Position numbers and translations under genes: made by a program. Below are positions 17,038 to 25,888 of a DNA stretch of 64,000 nt, in pieces. The stretch lies in contig DATHJY010000007.1 in assembly GCA_035489575.1 (NCBI GenBank), positions 1,047 through 65,046 of the forward strand. Direction: 5' to 3'. Numbering within the stretch: position 1 is the stretch's first letter; each line of letters begins with the position of its first letter. The stretch is from Verrucomicrobiia bacterium (GTDB lineage Bacteria; Patescibacteriota; Saccharimonadia; Saccharimonadales; JAGQNK01). Under the pieces are notes generated by a model. That model made no database searches, was not told the origin of the DNA, and was given only the letters and a program-made list of their open reading frames with translations.

Positions 17038-19296
17038 ATGAGAAAGCTTTTTTTGTTTGCACCTTCCACTGAAGTGGACCGACAAAGGATCACGCACTTG
17101 AGGATCATCCACTCAAAGCAAAGTTTGCCCACCGAAATTGTCGGCCAGAAGTGCAACGGCTCCCTGTTCCTGGGAGGCGCACTGCCGCGGTCCGACAAGA
17201 TCAACCAGGAGCCTGCCCACTGGCGATCCGACGCCTACCGCTTTCTGGCCGAAAGGTTCGACGGCACCGTCCTGACACCCGAACGCCAAGAGGGCAGCCT
17301 GGCCTCCTACGTCAGCCAAGCCGACTGGGAGCAGGCTGCGCAGAACAGCGCAGACGTCATCTTCTACTACATGACCCGAACGGCCGACATCCTGGCCCTC
17401 AGCACCAACACCGAGGTTGGCCAGTACATCCGGTTCGGCCCCCAGCGTGTCGTGCTGTGTATTCCCGAGAACGCCGATTTGGCGATGAAGACCGAGTTCC
17501 AACAAACCGTTGCCAAAATGCAGGGCATCGAGCCGATCATCGGCCTCGAAGCCGGCCTGGAGCATGCCATCAGCCTGATCGGCGAAGGCGCCGAGCGACA
17601 TGGTGGCGAGTGCCAGGTACCCCTGTACGTATGGCGTACGCCCAGCTTCCAAGCCTGGAACAACGCCCTCAAGGCCGCCGGCAACCGGCTGGACAACTTC
17701 CACCTGGACATGACCCTCTGCCCCGTGCCAGCCTTTGTGCTGTTCTGGGCGGCAAAGGTCAGTATCTGGGTAGCCGGCGAGGAGCGTCACAAGGACAACG
17801 AGTGGGTCATTTCCCGCCCTGACATCTCGCACTGTGTGCTCGTATACCGCAAGGGACCGAAGACACACATAGTGGGTGTGCGGGAGTTTCGCAGCACTGT
17901 CCGCAACGCGGATGGCTACGTCTACGAAGCAGCGGGCGGCAGCTCTGCCAAACCCAGCCTGGACCCCATCCAGGTGGCGATCGACGAAGTTCGGGAAGAA
18001 ACCGGCCTACGGCTCCGCCCCGCGCAACTTCGCTTTGTGGCTTCCCGCCAGCTTGCAGCCACCACCACGGCACACCACGCCTACGTGACGGTTGCCGAGC
18101 TAACGGACGAGCAGTACCAGCAAGCGCTGGCCCAAGAGGGCACCTACGCCGGCGACCTGGCCGACAGCGAAATGACCGCTCTGACCGTGTCGACACTCAC
18201 CGAGCTGTTCGCCGGCGAAGAGCTGGACTGGTCCAACCTGGGCATGACCGCACAAGCGTTGCTCCAACTGGACGCCGAGCACAAGCCCAAGTACACCGTG
18301 GCCAGTTCGGCCGGCCAGACGTACGCCCTTGTCATATTGGACGCACTGACCGGCTCGGCCCTGGACACCATCCTGGGCATCATGGCCGCCGGGACCACCG
18401 TGGTCTATGCCGGACCCCAGCAGGGCAACCTCGGCTTCGAGCAACGCGTGGACATTGCGACCACACTTGGCTTGTTTGCTGACAAGCTGACCCAGCAGGG
18501 CATCGACGCCCAGTTCATCCACCTGGCCGGAGACGGCGAGGACCAGCTGAGGCGTTTGCAGGCACTGGTGGAGCCGGACAACCTGACCGTCTTCGCCTTC
18601 GTGGGCGACTACGGACTGAGTCCGGACGCAATCCGACAGGTCCAGCTGATGCGCCACCGTGGCGTCTCGGTCGTGGGCAGCTGGTGTGGCAGTACGCCGC
18701 AACCAGAGCTGTTGGTCGTGAATGGCTCGTTAGCCGCACCCGACATCGGGTATGTACCTTTTGCCAGGCAGTGGTCGCAGTCCGGCAGCGAAGTACAGAT
18801 CTGCACACCGCAGGACTGTGCCGTAGTGTCAGTCGGTCGGCTCACGCCAGCCGCCTACTACCGGTTGGCCGGATTGTTGATCGCCGGGACGCACCTCATC
18901 TACGGAGGAGCACCCGTCGACCAAGAAGCCCCCGAGGGCCGTATCCACCTGACTCGTTCGCTGAGACTGATGGCTGCCAAGCTTGGTGTTGCCGGCATCC
19001 CCGCCCGCGTCACCACGTTCGAGGAGCCAGACGTCGAGAGTCGTCGTCTGAAGTTGCTCGCGCTCGCGCAGCAACACTGCGCCCCGGTTCTGGCCTTTGT
19101 CGATGACCAAGGCTTGGCACCTGGCGTAGCCCAAGAATGTGCGTGGGCGCGCGACTGCGGCCTGCCGGTTACCGGCCTGTGGGTCGGATCGTCCGGGGGG
19201 TTCGAGCTCAGAACTCTGGGCGATGCCCTGGACGTGAACGAGGCCTCACTTCAGCCATTGGCGCAGATGCGTCAGCCAGGCCTGGTCCTGGCGTAA
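17038..19296 (+). CDS. cassette C5: GC-rich multidomain protein with a nucleoside 2-deoxyribosyltransferase-like domain, a Nudix domain and two Rossmann-like (SLOG/DUF2493-like?) repeats
   Basis: Nudix box GGSSAKPSLDPIQVAIDEVREETG (~17931-18006). The N-terminal LFLGGAL...ADVIFYYM...STNTEVGQY pattern resembles NDT/Rcl-type folds. Two similar ~140-aa C-terminal repeats each end in V(V/T)G(S/L)W. The true start is probably downstream of 17038, because the first ~20 codons are AT-rich leader. Confidence 0.65.
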   Translation: MRKLFLFAPSTEVDRQRITHLRIIHSKQSLPTEIVGQKCNGSLFLGGALPRSDKINQEPAHWRSDAYRFLAERFDGTVLTPERQEGSLASYVSQADWEQAAQNSADVIFYYMTRTADILALSTNTEVGQYIRFGPQRVVLCIPENADLAMKTEFQQTVAKMQGIEPIIGLEAGLEHAISLIGEGAERHGGECQVPLYVWRTPSFQAWNNALKAAGNRLDNFHLDMTLCPVPAFVLFWAAKVSIWVAGEERHKDNEWVISRPDISHCVLVYRKGPKTHIVGVREFRSTVRNADGYVYEAAGGSSAKPSLDPIQVAIDEVREETGLRLRPAQLRFVASRQLAATTTAHHAYVTVAELTDEQYQQALAQEGTYAGDLADSEMTALTVSTLTELFAGEELDWSNLGMTAQALLQLDAEHKPKYTVASSAGQTYALVILDALTGSALDTILGIMAAGTTVVYAGPQQGNLGFEQRVDIATTLGLFADKLTQQGIDAQFIHLAGDGEDQLRRLQALVEPDNLTVFAFVGDYGLSPDAIRQVQLMRHRGVSVVGSWCGSTPQPELLVVNGSLAAPDIGYVPFARQWSQSGSEVQICTPQDCAVVSVGRLTPAAYYRLAGLLIAGTHLIYGGAPVDQEAPEGRIHLTRSLRLMAAKLGVAGIPARVTTFEEPDVESRRLKLLALAQQHCAPVLAFVDDQGLAPGVAQECAWARDCGLPVTGLWVGSSGGFELRTLGDALDVNEASLQPLAQMRQPGLVLA

Positions 19297-19369
19297 ACGC
19301 GTTTGACGCAATCACCCGAGAGGGGGTCTTTTCGGGTCAAACCGATCTGACCTCCTCACGGGTAAATTT

Positions 19370-20425
19370 TTATACTACGATACCGCCGCCAAGCACTGTG
19401 TCTTTATCATAAATAACGGCGGACTGACCTGGAGTAATGGCCCGCACTTGCTCGTCCAAAATCAACCGTATACCCGTATCTGCCTGCTCAATTGTGCATG
19501 ACACCAATGGCGCTCGATAGCGCGTGCGCACTTGATACTTCTTATCCAAGTTTGGTTGGCCGTTTATCCAGTGCACATCTGTCAGGGCTAGCTCTTGCTT
19601 CCACAAGTTCTCATCATTCAGGTTGGTGGTCACATACACCTCGTTCTTGGCCATGTCTTTGCCGGTGACATAGTACGGCAAGCCACCACCCACGTTCAGG
19701 CCGTGGCGCTGGCCAATGGTGTAAAAAATAGCGCCGTCATGCTCGCCAATGGCTACACCATGCTGCTCTTTTATAACGCCCAGTTCGGTAGTGACATACT
19801 GGCTCAGAAAATCACGGATGCCGACCTTACCCACAAAACAAATGCCCTGGCTGTCTTTTTTCTCGGCCGTGGTCAGACCCAGCTTTTTGGCCAGTGCCCG
19901 TACCTCGGCCTTGGTTTTGTAGTCGCCAATGGGCATCAGGCTTTTTTTGAGCGCGTCCTCCGTAACTCGACATAAGAAATATGTCTGATCTTTTTCGGCA
20001 TTGGCCGCCACCAATAATTGCCCGTCTTGTATCCGAGCGTAGTGGCCTGTGGCAATCAAGTCTGCACCGTCTGCTAGGGCGGTGTCGAGGAACAACCTGA
20101 ACTTGACCTCTTGGTTACACATGATGTCTGGGTTGGGCGTACGGCCAGCCTGGTATTCGGCAATCATGTAGTCTACGACTTTTTGCTGGTACTCGACCTG
20201 GAAGTCGTACATCTTAAAGTCTATGCCCAGCTGCACCGCCACGCGCTTGGCGTCCTGGTAGTCTTCTTTCCACGGACAGGGCATACCGGGCAGGTCTTTG
20301 CTCCAGTTTTTCATGTACACGCCCACCACGTGGTAGCCCTGTTCTTTCAGCAAAGCAGCAGTAACGGAGCTATCTACTCCGCCACTCAATCCCACATAAA
20401 CAGTCTGCTTTTTCTGGGGCTTCAT
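19370..20425 (-). CDS. mnmA: tRNA 2-thiouridine(34) synthase MnmA
   Basis: VYVGLSGGVDSSV PP-loop with a full-length MnmA-like body. Confidence 0.9.
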   Translation of the reverse strand: MKPQKKQTVYVGLSGGVDSSVTAALLKEQGYHVVGVYMKNWSKDLPGMPCPWKEDYQDAKRVAVQLGIDFKMYDFQVEYQQKVVDYMIAEYQAGRTPNPDIMCNQEVKFRLFLDTALADGADLIATGHYARIQDGQLLVAANAEKDQTYFLCRVTEDALKKSLMPIGDYKTKAEVRALAKKLGLTTAEKKDSQGICFVGKVGIRDFLSQYVTTELGVIKEQHGVAIGEHDGAIFYTIGQRHGLNVGGGLPYYVTGKDMAKNEVYVTTNLNDENLWKQELALTDVHWINGQPNLDKKYQVRTRYRAPLVSCTIEQADTGIRLILDEQVRAITPGQSAVIYDKDTVLGGGIVV

Positions 20426-20497
20426 ATCCGATCTATTTTAACAGATTAGCTCATGTTTTTCATACACTAGCAAGTAATCGTCGGCTTCTATTTTTTA

Positions 20498-20506
20498 TGT
20501 TATAAT
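20498..20506 (+). promoter_or_regulatory. extended -10 promoter of cassette C6
   Basis: TGtTATAAT within the same TTTTTTATGTTATAAT context as C1; the -35 is poor. Confidence 0.4.
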
Positions 20507-20591
20507 ATATTAGTTAGGGTCTCTCTAATACTCGATCGTTGCTCTCGACCTGACCGAGCAACCCCTACGCACCCCGAAAGAGAGGTGGACC

Positions 20592-20912
20592 GTGGCAACC
20601 GCCACACCAACCCTACCCCAGCTCGCCGAAGACAAGACGCTGCTCTCCATGGTGCCCCGCACCGAGACCAGACCCTTCCTGCGGTTCTGGACCAAGTCCG
20701 TTGTGCTCCCCGGCGAGTACTACATCGAAGTAGACGGCCAACGCCTGTTCGAGTACGAGCTGATCAGCTCACGCTATGTGTTGGCACTAGCCACTATGCA
20801 GTGGCATGGCACCTGCGCACCGGTAGACAATCTGGACGCCCAGTACGAGATCCTCACCGAGCAAGCCTTCCCGGATCTCCGTCATCGGATCGTCGGCATC
20901 CGCCGTATCTGA
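20592..20912 (+). CDS. cassette C6: GC3-rich hypothetical protein (106 aa), GTG start
   Basis: GAGAGGTGG SD precedes the GTG start. GC3-rich ORF with no recognisable domain. Confidence 0.65.
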   Translation: MATATPTLPQLAEDKTLLSMVPRTETRPFLRFWTKSVVLPGEYYIEVDGQRLFEYELISSRYVLALATMQWHGTCAPVDNLDAQYEILTEQAFPDLRHRIVGIRRI

Positions 20913-21023
20913 GAACCGAAGCCACAGCTGGCCACCGAGGGGGCGATAGCCTCAAACCCTCACCGGCCATGCCTTGCTCACCCTCCATCTCTCTTTCTTT
21001 ACCTATGTGTTATACCCTAGTAT

Positions 21024-21054
21024 GGGCGACCCTTTTCATTTTTGAAAGTCGCCC
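21024..21054. terminator. bidirectional intrinsic terminator
   Basis: GGGCGAC..(loop)..GTCGCCC hairpin followed by GATTTTT, between convergent C6 and the 21082-24873 gene. Confidence 0.6.
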
Positions 21055-21081
21055 GATTTTTCTACCCAAAAATCTTATATT

Positions 21082-24000
21082 TTAGAATAGTTCGCTGTAG
21101 TTGCGGGTGAGCGTGGTGCTCCAATTGCCAGCCCTATCTTGGGTGCGCAGAAAGAAGTTATGCGAGGTGAAGAAGTTGCCGCTACCGGTATCGATGATGC
21201 CCGTGTACGTGCTGCCAGTGGTATGTGTTGCAGCCGTACCGCTGCCCTGTCCAGGGTCGGTATCAAAGTAGTATTCGACCCGGTTCACGCCTGACAGCGC
21301 ATCGGTTGCAGTGGTGCTGAAGTTTTGGCTTCCTACCACCAGGAAGAGCATTGCTGGTGTGAAGTTGCTTTGAGTGGGCGCTACTTTGTCCAGAGACACC
21401 TGGGCCGAACCGGTAGCACAGTTGCCAGCCAGGTCGCAGCTTTGGGCACTGGTGTAAGTAACGTTGGCGGCCTGCGTAGAAGCAACGGTGTTTGCTGGGT
21501 CAGTTGGCGAACCACTGCCCGTGTCAGTCGCCTGCCAGTCGATAGTTACATCGGCCTTGTGCCAGCCGTTGGCATTGGCGGGCGTACTGAGCGTCCGACC
21601 TACCACAGGCAGCGTGGCATCGTATTTAACAGTTACGCTTTGGTTGGCCGCACCACCAGCACTGGTGGCCGAGCAGAAATAGGCGTAGCTGCCGTCGGTA
21701 TTGACGGTAACTTGGGCGCAGCCCGTTTGACTAATTACGGTCGATTCGGCGTCTTGCACTGTCCAGTTTAGAGTGACCGGTGCTTTGTGCCAGCCATTGG
21801 CGTTAGGTGGTGTGCTAAAGGTATAGCTGATGACTGGTGCCGTGGTATCCAGCGGCAAGATAACTAGCTGGGTGTCGATCACCGTGCTCCAGTGGCCCAC
21901 GGCATCTTTGGCCCTGATGTGCACCGTATATGTACCGGGTGCTAGGCCGTCACCAAGGCTGGCAGTCAGTTCGTTAGCGTTCAGATTCATAGCCGTGGCG
22001 TTACCCTGGCCGGGATCGGTCCCCAGGTAGTATTCGCCAGCCGCTACACCACTAACGTTATCGGCAACAGGCACGGTAACGGTGGCATTGTTTCCTTCAA
22101 CAGCCGGATTGTTAAACCAGCTCGGGCTTCCCAGGGTTGGGCTGGTGGTGTCGTACGCAACATTGACCGGACCAGATTGTGCACTACACCCCACCTGATT
22201 GCAGGCGGACACGGTGTAGGCATAAGTGCTATCTTGGGCAAGTGCCGAATCTGTAAAGCCAGGAACGGCCGGGCTGCCCACCTCTACTCCATCACGAAAT
22301 ATCTTGAACGAGGACGCCGCTAGCACGGTGTTCCAGCCAAGCACGGGAGCACTGGCAGTGGGCGAAGGGCCAGCCAGCCCTGAAGGAACTGTGGGTACAG
22401 CGTCAGGGATCAGCGGCACCAGCACGGCTGCTGAATCAGTCATGTCCTGGCTTATGCCTGGTACATCTGTCTGATTGGCCGGTAATGAGTACCCGGCAGG
22501 TGGTGTGTTGAAATACACCAGCTTCAGTGGCACATTGGCCAAAACATCTAGTGGTACCAACCCATCACCACCCGAAGCAAGCAACCGCTGCAACGAGCCA
22601 GACAGAGAGGTCTGCAGGCCTGGCAATAGCTGGACACTCTGCGTTCCTGCGGTTGGCTGCTGGGTCATACCCACATTGACGCCCGTCGCTGGGCTGCCGT
22701 TTGGGTAGATTACTTTATATTTATACTTCACAAAGTTAACTACTAAATCTTGCGTGAGGTTACCTGTTAAATTTACCGTCGCGGCAGGACTCTGTATTCC
22801 AACAAAGCTAGAGAAGCCCGTCTGGCTATTCACGGTCACATTCACGCTGTACTGGCCGGGAAGTGCCTGCACGCTGAAAGCACCAGTCGCCGGATCGGTA
22901 TTAACCGGTGCAATACCACCAGCAGGGCCCTGCAGCTGGACACTGCCGCGCAGCGGATTGCCAGCTTGGTCTTTGAGGGTGCCCGAGTAAGTCACCGGCC
23001 CTATGAGCGTAGCCACCACTGCATCGCCATCTGTCATGTCCTGCGTGATCGCCGCAAGGTTACTGAGAGCAGGAGGGTTACCATAGCCTGGCTTGGTCCC
23101 AAAGTTTACTTGTGTAATAGGAGCGTTTGGCATCATGTCAAACGCAACAATACCGTTGGCATCGGTAGGTTGGTTTCTCTGCAGTGCGCCAGATAGCGTC
23201 ACCGTTTGTCCGGGTAACAGCTGGGTACTTTGATACGCTCCTGAGGAAAGCTGCTGAGTAATCTGTGTATCTACGCCCTGGGCGGGACTGCCGTCTGGGT
23301 ACACTACCTTGAACTTGTATTTCACAAAGTTGACCACTAGGTTCTGAGACATACTGCCCGTCAAGTCCACCACATCAGGCCCGCTCATCATGCCTACAGA
23401 GCTTGCAAACCCTATTTGGCTGTTGGCTGTTGCCACGATTCGGTACTGTCCGGCAGGAGCCTGCAGACTAAAAGCACCCGTGATTGGGTCGGTCGTAACT
23501 GGCGCAATACCACCGGCAGGACCCTGTAGCTGAACGGTACCACGCAGCGGATTGCCGGCCTGGTCTTTCAGTGTACCGGAATAGGTATATATGGGCGTAG
23601 GTTCGGCTGCAAGCTGGTAGACAAACAAGTCATTTAGCTGGTTGGTGTCACCGGGCTTTGGACCCACCGGATACTGACTGTAATAGTCTTGGGCAAAATA
23701 TGAAAAGCTATTGCCGGTGGCTGACATAGTGCCGCCCTCTGCGTTAGGCACGTACACCGTACTGGTGTTGGTCGTACGGTCATAGCGAAAAATATTGCTG
23801 TTATCTGCCAGCAAGTAGCGGCCATCTGCGGAAAAGTCAGTAGCGTTATTCATGCCGTTCACAACCGTCAGCGCAGAAGTCTGACGATCCAACAACGTAA
23901 CCTTGCCTCCCGTGCCCGTTGTGCACTGCTGGGATGAAAAGGCTACCCAACGGCCATCGTCAGAAATAGTTCCGCCCGCATAAGTTGACCCCATGGTCGC

Positions 24001-24873
24001 GCAGTCGGTAGGAGCAAAACGTTCGGTAGTACCAGTTTGCCGGTCGCGCAGAAAGACATCAATGGTGTTTCCATTTGGATCTGAGGCAACCAAGTTAGAG
24101 GCAGTGGAAGCAAACAATACATATCGTCCATCCGGAGAAATATCAAGCGCATCTGTATGCGGATAGTCTGTGTCAGCATTACCCTGGACTTCGTCGCTCG
24201 ACACGCTCACCAGTTCTACCGCCCCAGTCGCCAGGTTCTTTATAAAGAGGTCTATTCTGCCATTGGTGTCAGATGACACCAGATTCGTACCGGCCGAATA
24301 GAATACTACCCACTGACCATTGGCCGACAGCTTTCCAAAGTTGCTATGGGCATTTGCTACGACTCCGTTACCGTCGCTACTCACGATCTGTGTGGTAGCT
24401 GTTTGCCGGTCGCGCAGAAAGACTTGGTTTTTGTAATTAAATGATGGATAGCCCGTGAGGGCTGGCACTGCCGAAACAAACGTTACCAAGCGACCATCTT
24501 GGCTTATGGTAGGCTCACTGCCAACCCTGTCTGTGAAGTTACTAGCAGCACTCACTTGCTGGTCACTATCGTTGAGTGACACTCTTTCTGTGGCATTCGT
24601 AGATAGATTCTTAACAAACACATCCATCATGCTGTTCGTATCACCAGCAACCAGATTGTTTGCGTGCGATTGAAATGCCACAAAAGCTCCATTGGCAGAT
24701 AGAGCCGAACGAGTAGAGTCGCCATTGGATTCGGCACCGCTCAGTCCGTCCGATACCTTGACGGCTTGCGGGTAGGTTACTGCCCGAGCCTGCCCAGACA
24801 ACACCCCAAAGCTAAGAGCTAGCTGCGAGATTACAAAAATACCCGCCAGTATAAATGGTTTTACACGCTTCAC
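21082..24873 (-). CDS. giant secreted surface protein: TolB/PD40-like beta-propeller repeats, duplicated ~200-aa module and Ig/FN3-like repeats
   Basis: 1263 aa with a signal peptide. Recurrent S-x-DG-R/Q-x-V-x-F-x-S propeller-blade signatures, YSGTLKDQAGNPLRG module twice, and C-terminal repeats with NANGWHKA twice. Confidence 0.7.
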   Translation of the reverse strand: MKRVKPFILAGIFVISQLALSFGVLSGQARAVTYPQAVKVSDGLSGAESNGDSTRSALSANGAFVAFQSHANNLVAGDTNSMMDVFVKNLSTNATERVSLNDSDQQVSAASNFTDRVGSEPTISQDGRLVTFVSAVPALTGYPSFNYKNQVFLRDRQTATTQIVSSDGNGVVANAHSNFGKLSANGQWVVFYSAGTNLVSSDTNGRIDLFIKNLATGAVELVSVSSDEVQGNADTDYPHTDALDISPDGRYVLFASTASNLVASDPNGNTIDVFLRDRQTGTTERFAPTDCATMGSTYAGGTISDDGRWVAFSSQQCTTGTGGKVTLLDRQTSALTVVNGMNNATDFSADGRYLLADNSNIFRYDRTTNTSTVYVPNAEGGTMSATGNSFSYFAQDYYSQYPVGPKPGDTNQLNDLFVYQLAAEPTPIYTYSGTLKDQAGNPLRGTVQLQGPAGGIAPVTTDPITGAFSLQAPAGQYRIVATANSQIGFASSVGMMSGPDVVDLTGSMSQNLVVNFVKYKFKVVYPDGSPAQGVDTQITQQLSSGAYQSTQLLPGQTVTLSGALQRNQPTDANGIVAFDMMPNAPITQVNFGTKPGYGNPPALSNLAAITQDMTDGDAVVATLIGPVTYSGTLKDQAGNPLRGSVQLQGPAGGIAPVNTDPATGAFSVQALPGQYSVNVTVNSQTGFSSFVGIQSPAATVNLTGNLTQDLVVNFVKYKYKVIYPNGSPATGVNVGMTQQPTAGTQSVQLLPGLQTSLSGSLQRLLASGGDGLVPLDVLANVPLKLVYFNTPPAGYSLPANQTDVPGISQDMTDSAAVLVPLIPDAVPTVPSGLAGPSPTASAPVLGWNTVLAASSFKIFRDGVEVGSPAVPGFTDSALAQDSTYAYTVSACNQVGCSAQSGPVNVAYDTTSPTLGSPSWFNNPAVEGNNATVTVPVADNVSGVAAGEYYLGTDPGQGNATAMNLNANELTASLGDGLAPGTYTVHIRAKDAVGHWSTVIDTQLVILPLDTTAPVISYTFSTPPNANGWHKAPVTLNWTVQDAESTVISQTGCAQVTVNTDGSYAYFCSATSAGGAANQSVTVKYDATLPVVGRTLSTPANANGWHKADVTIDWQATDTGSGSPTDPANTVASTQAANVTYTSAQSCDLAGNCATGSAQVSLDKVAPTQSNFTPAMLFLVVGSQNFSTTATDALSGVNRVEYYFDTDPGQGSGTAATHTTGSTYTGIIDTGSGNFFTSHNFFLRTQDRAGNWSTTLTRNYSELF

Positions 24874-24969
24874 CCCGAACCCCCTAAAGCTTAGTTTCCA
24901 ACACTAATTATCAGCCTATTTTCAGCAAATACAATACCGATCGTAGCTTTTGCAACCTCTCTCATCGGG

Positions 24970-25845
24970 CTAGAACGGGCGTTCGCCGCGTTCTATCTTT
25001 TTCTTGAGGTATTTCAGCTCATACTTGCGACCCAGCCAAAAGGTAGACAGCATCATAGGTATCAGTATGGCTGCCGGTTGCCACAGTATAACTGTCTTGG
25101 TTTCACCGGTTTTATCTTCTTCTTTATTTTGCCCCTGGTCCTGGCTGAGTGGACCATTAGCTACTGCCACCAGCTGCAAGAAGGCGGTACCACCGTCACG
25201 GTCTACTGCCTTGACTACTACGTTGTAAACACCGGCAGAATCATAGGCATGCTTAATATTGAATGGCCCCGGAAAGCCCAGGCTCATAAGATCTGGTGGC
25301 TTGCCGTCACCCCAATCTACGCTAATGGCGTATGGCCCAGAACCGCCGGATAGCACAATGGGCCAGACCAGTTCTTGCTTGGGATTAACGCCGCGCTTGG
25401 CAAAGTTACTGGTCAGGGTAGGCCGAGTAGTCACGTTGGCCCGAGCGTCTACAAATGTCACACTCACTGTATTAGAATCCGGGCCAGGTTGGTCCAAGGC
25501 GTCATACACCCGAGCGACCAGTTCGTTTGCACCCGTAAACAAGTCTAGGATCACCGAATAGCTGCCATTTCTACACTGCGCAGAACCGGCAAAGACATTG
25601 TTCTTGAAAATCTTTACCAATAAATCACCGGGGCACAAGCCGCTGACGGTAATAGGAATCTGGCTAAAAGATTGCCCGCTGCTAGGCACACTGATAGTGG
25701 CCCCACGGGTGGGTGGCGGCTGCGAAATGGTACCCTGCATACCCACGGCACCACTCTGTGGGTTCTCTACCTGCGCAAATGCCGTAGCAGGAACTGCTAG
25801 GAGCAGACAGCCCAGAGCTGCAACAAAGGTCTTAAATCCACGCAT
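24970..25845 (-). CDS. secreted PKD-domain protein with C-terminal TM anchor
   Basis: Signal peptide MRGFKTFVAALGCLLLAV, a PKD-like segment (WGDG...HAYDSAGVYNVVVKAVD) and a C-terminal TM helix. Confidence 0.65.
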   Translation of the reverse strand: MRGFKTFVAALGCLLLAVPATAFAQVENPQSGAVGMQGTISQPPPTRGATISVPSSGQSFSQIPITVSGLCPGDLLVKIFKNNVFAGSAQCRNGSYSVILDLFTGANELVARVYDALDQPGPDSNTVSVTFVDARANVTTRPTLTSNFAKRGVNPKQELVWPIVLSGGSGPYAISVDWGDGKPPDLMSLGFPGPFNIKHAYDSAGVYNVVVKAVDRDGGTAFLQLVAVANGPLSQDQGQNKEEDKTGETKTVILWQPAAILIPMMLSTFWLGRKYELKYLKKKIERGERPF

Positions 25846-25888
25846 GTTACTAACTAGTGTACGGTTAGAGCCAGATAAGCTCAAGCGT

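Noticed and set aside
12097-18808. Many antisense or off-frame ORFs inside the GC-rich cassettes (e.g. 12097-12600, 15075-15521, 15820-16326, 17113-17868, 18100-18702, 18684-19106)
   Set aside because: These are the typical open-frame artefact of GC3-rich coding DNA. They lack an SD and are Arg/Ala/Gly/Pro-rich, and the sense frames have SDs and sensible composition.
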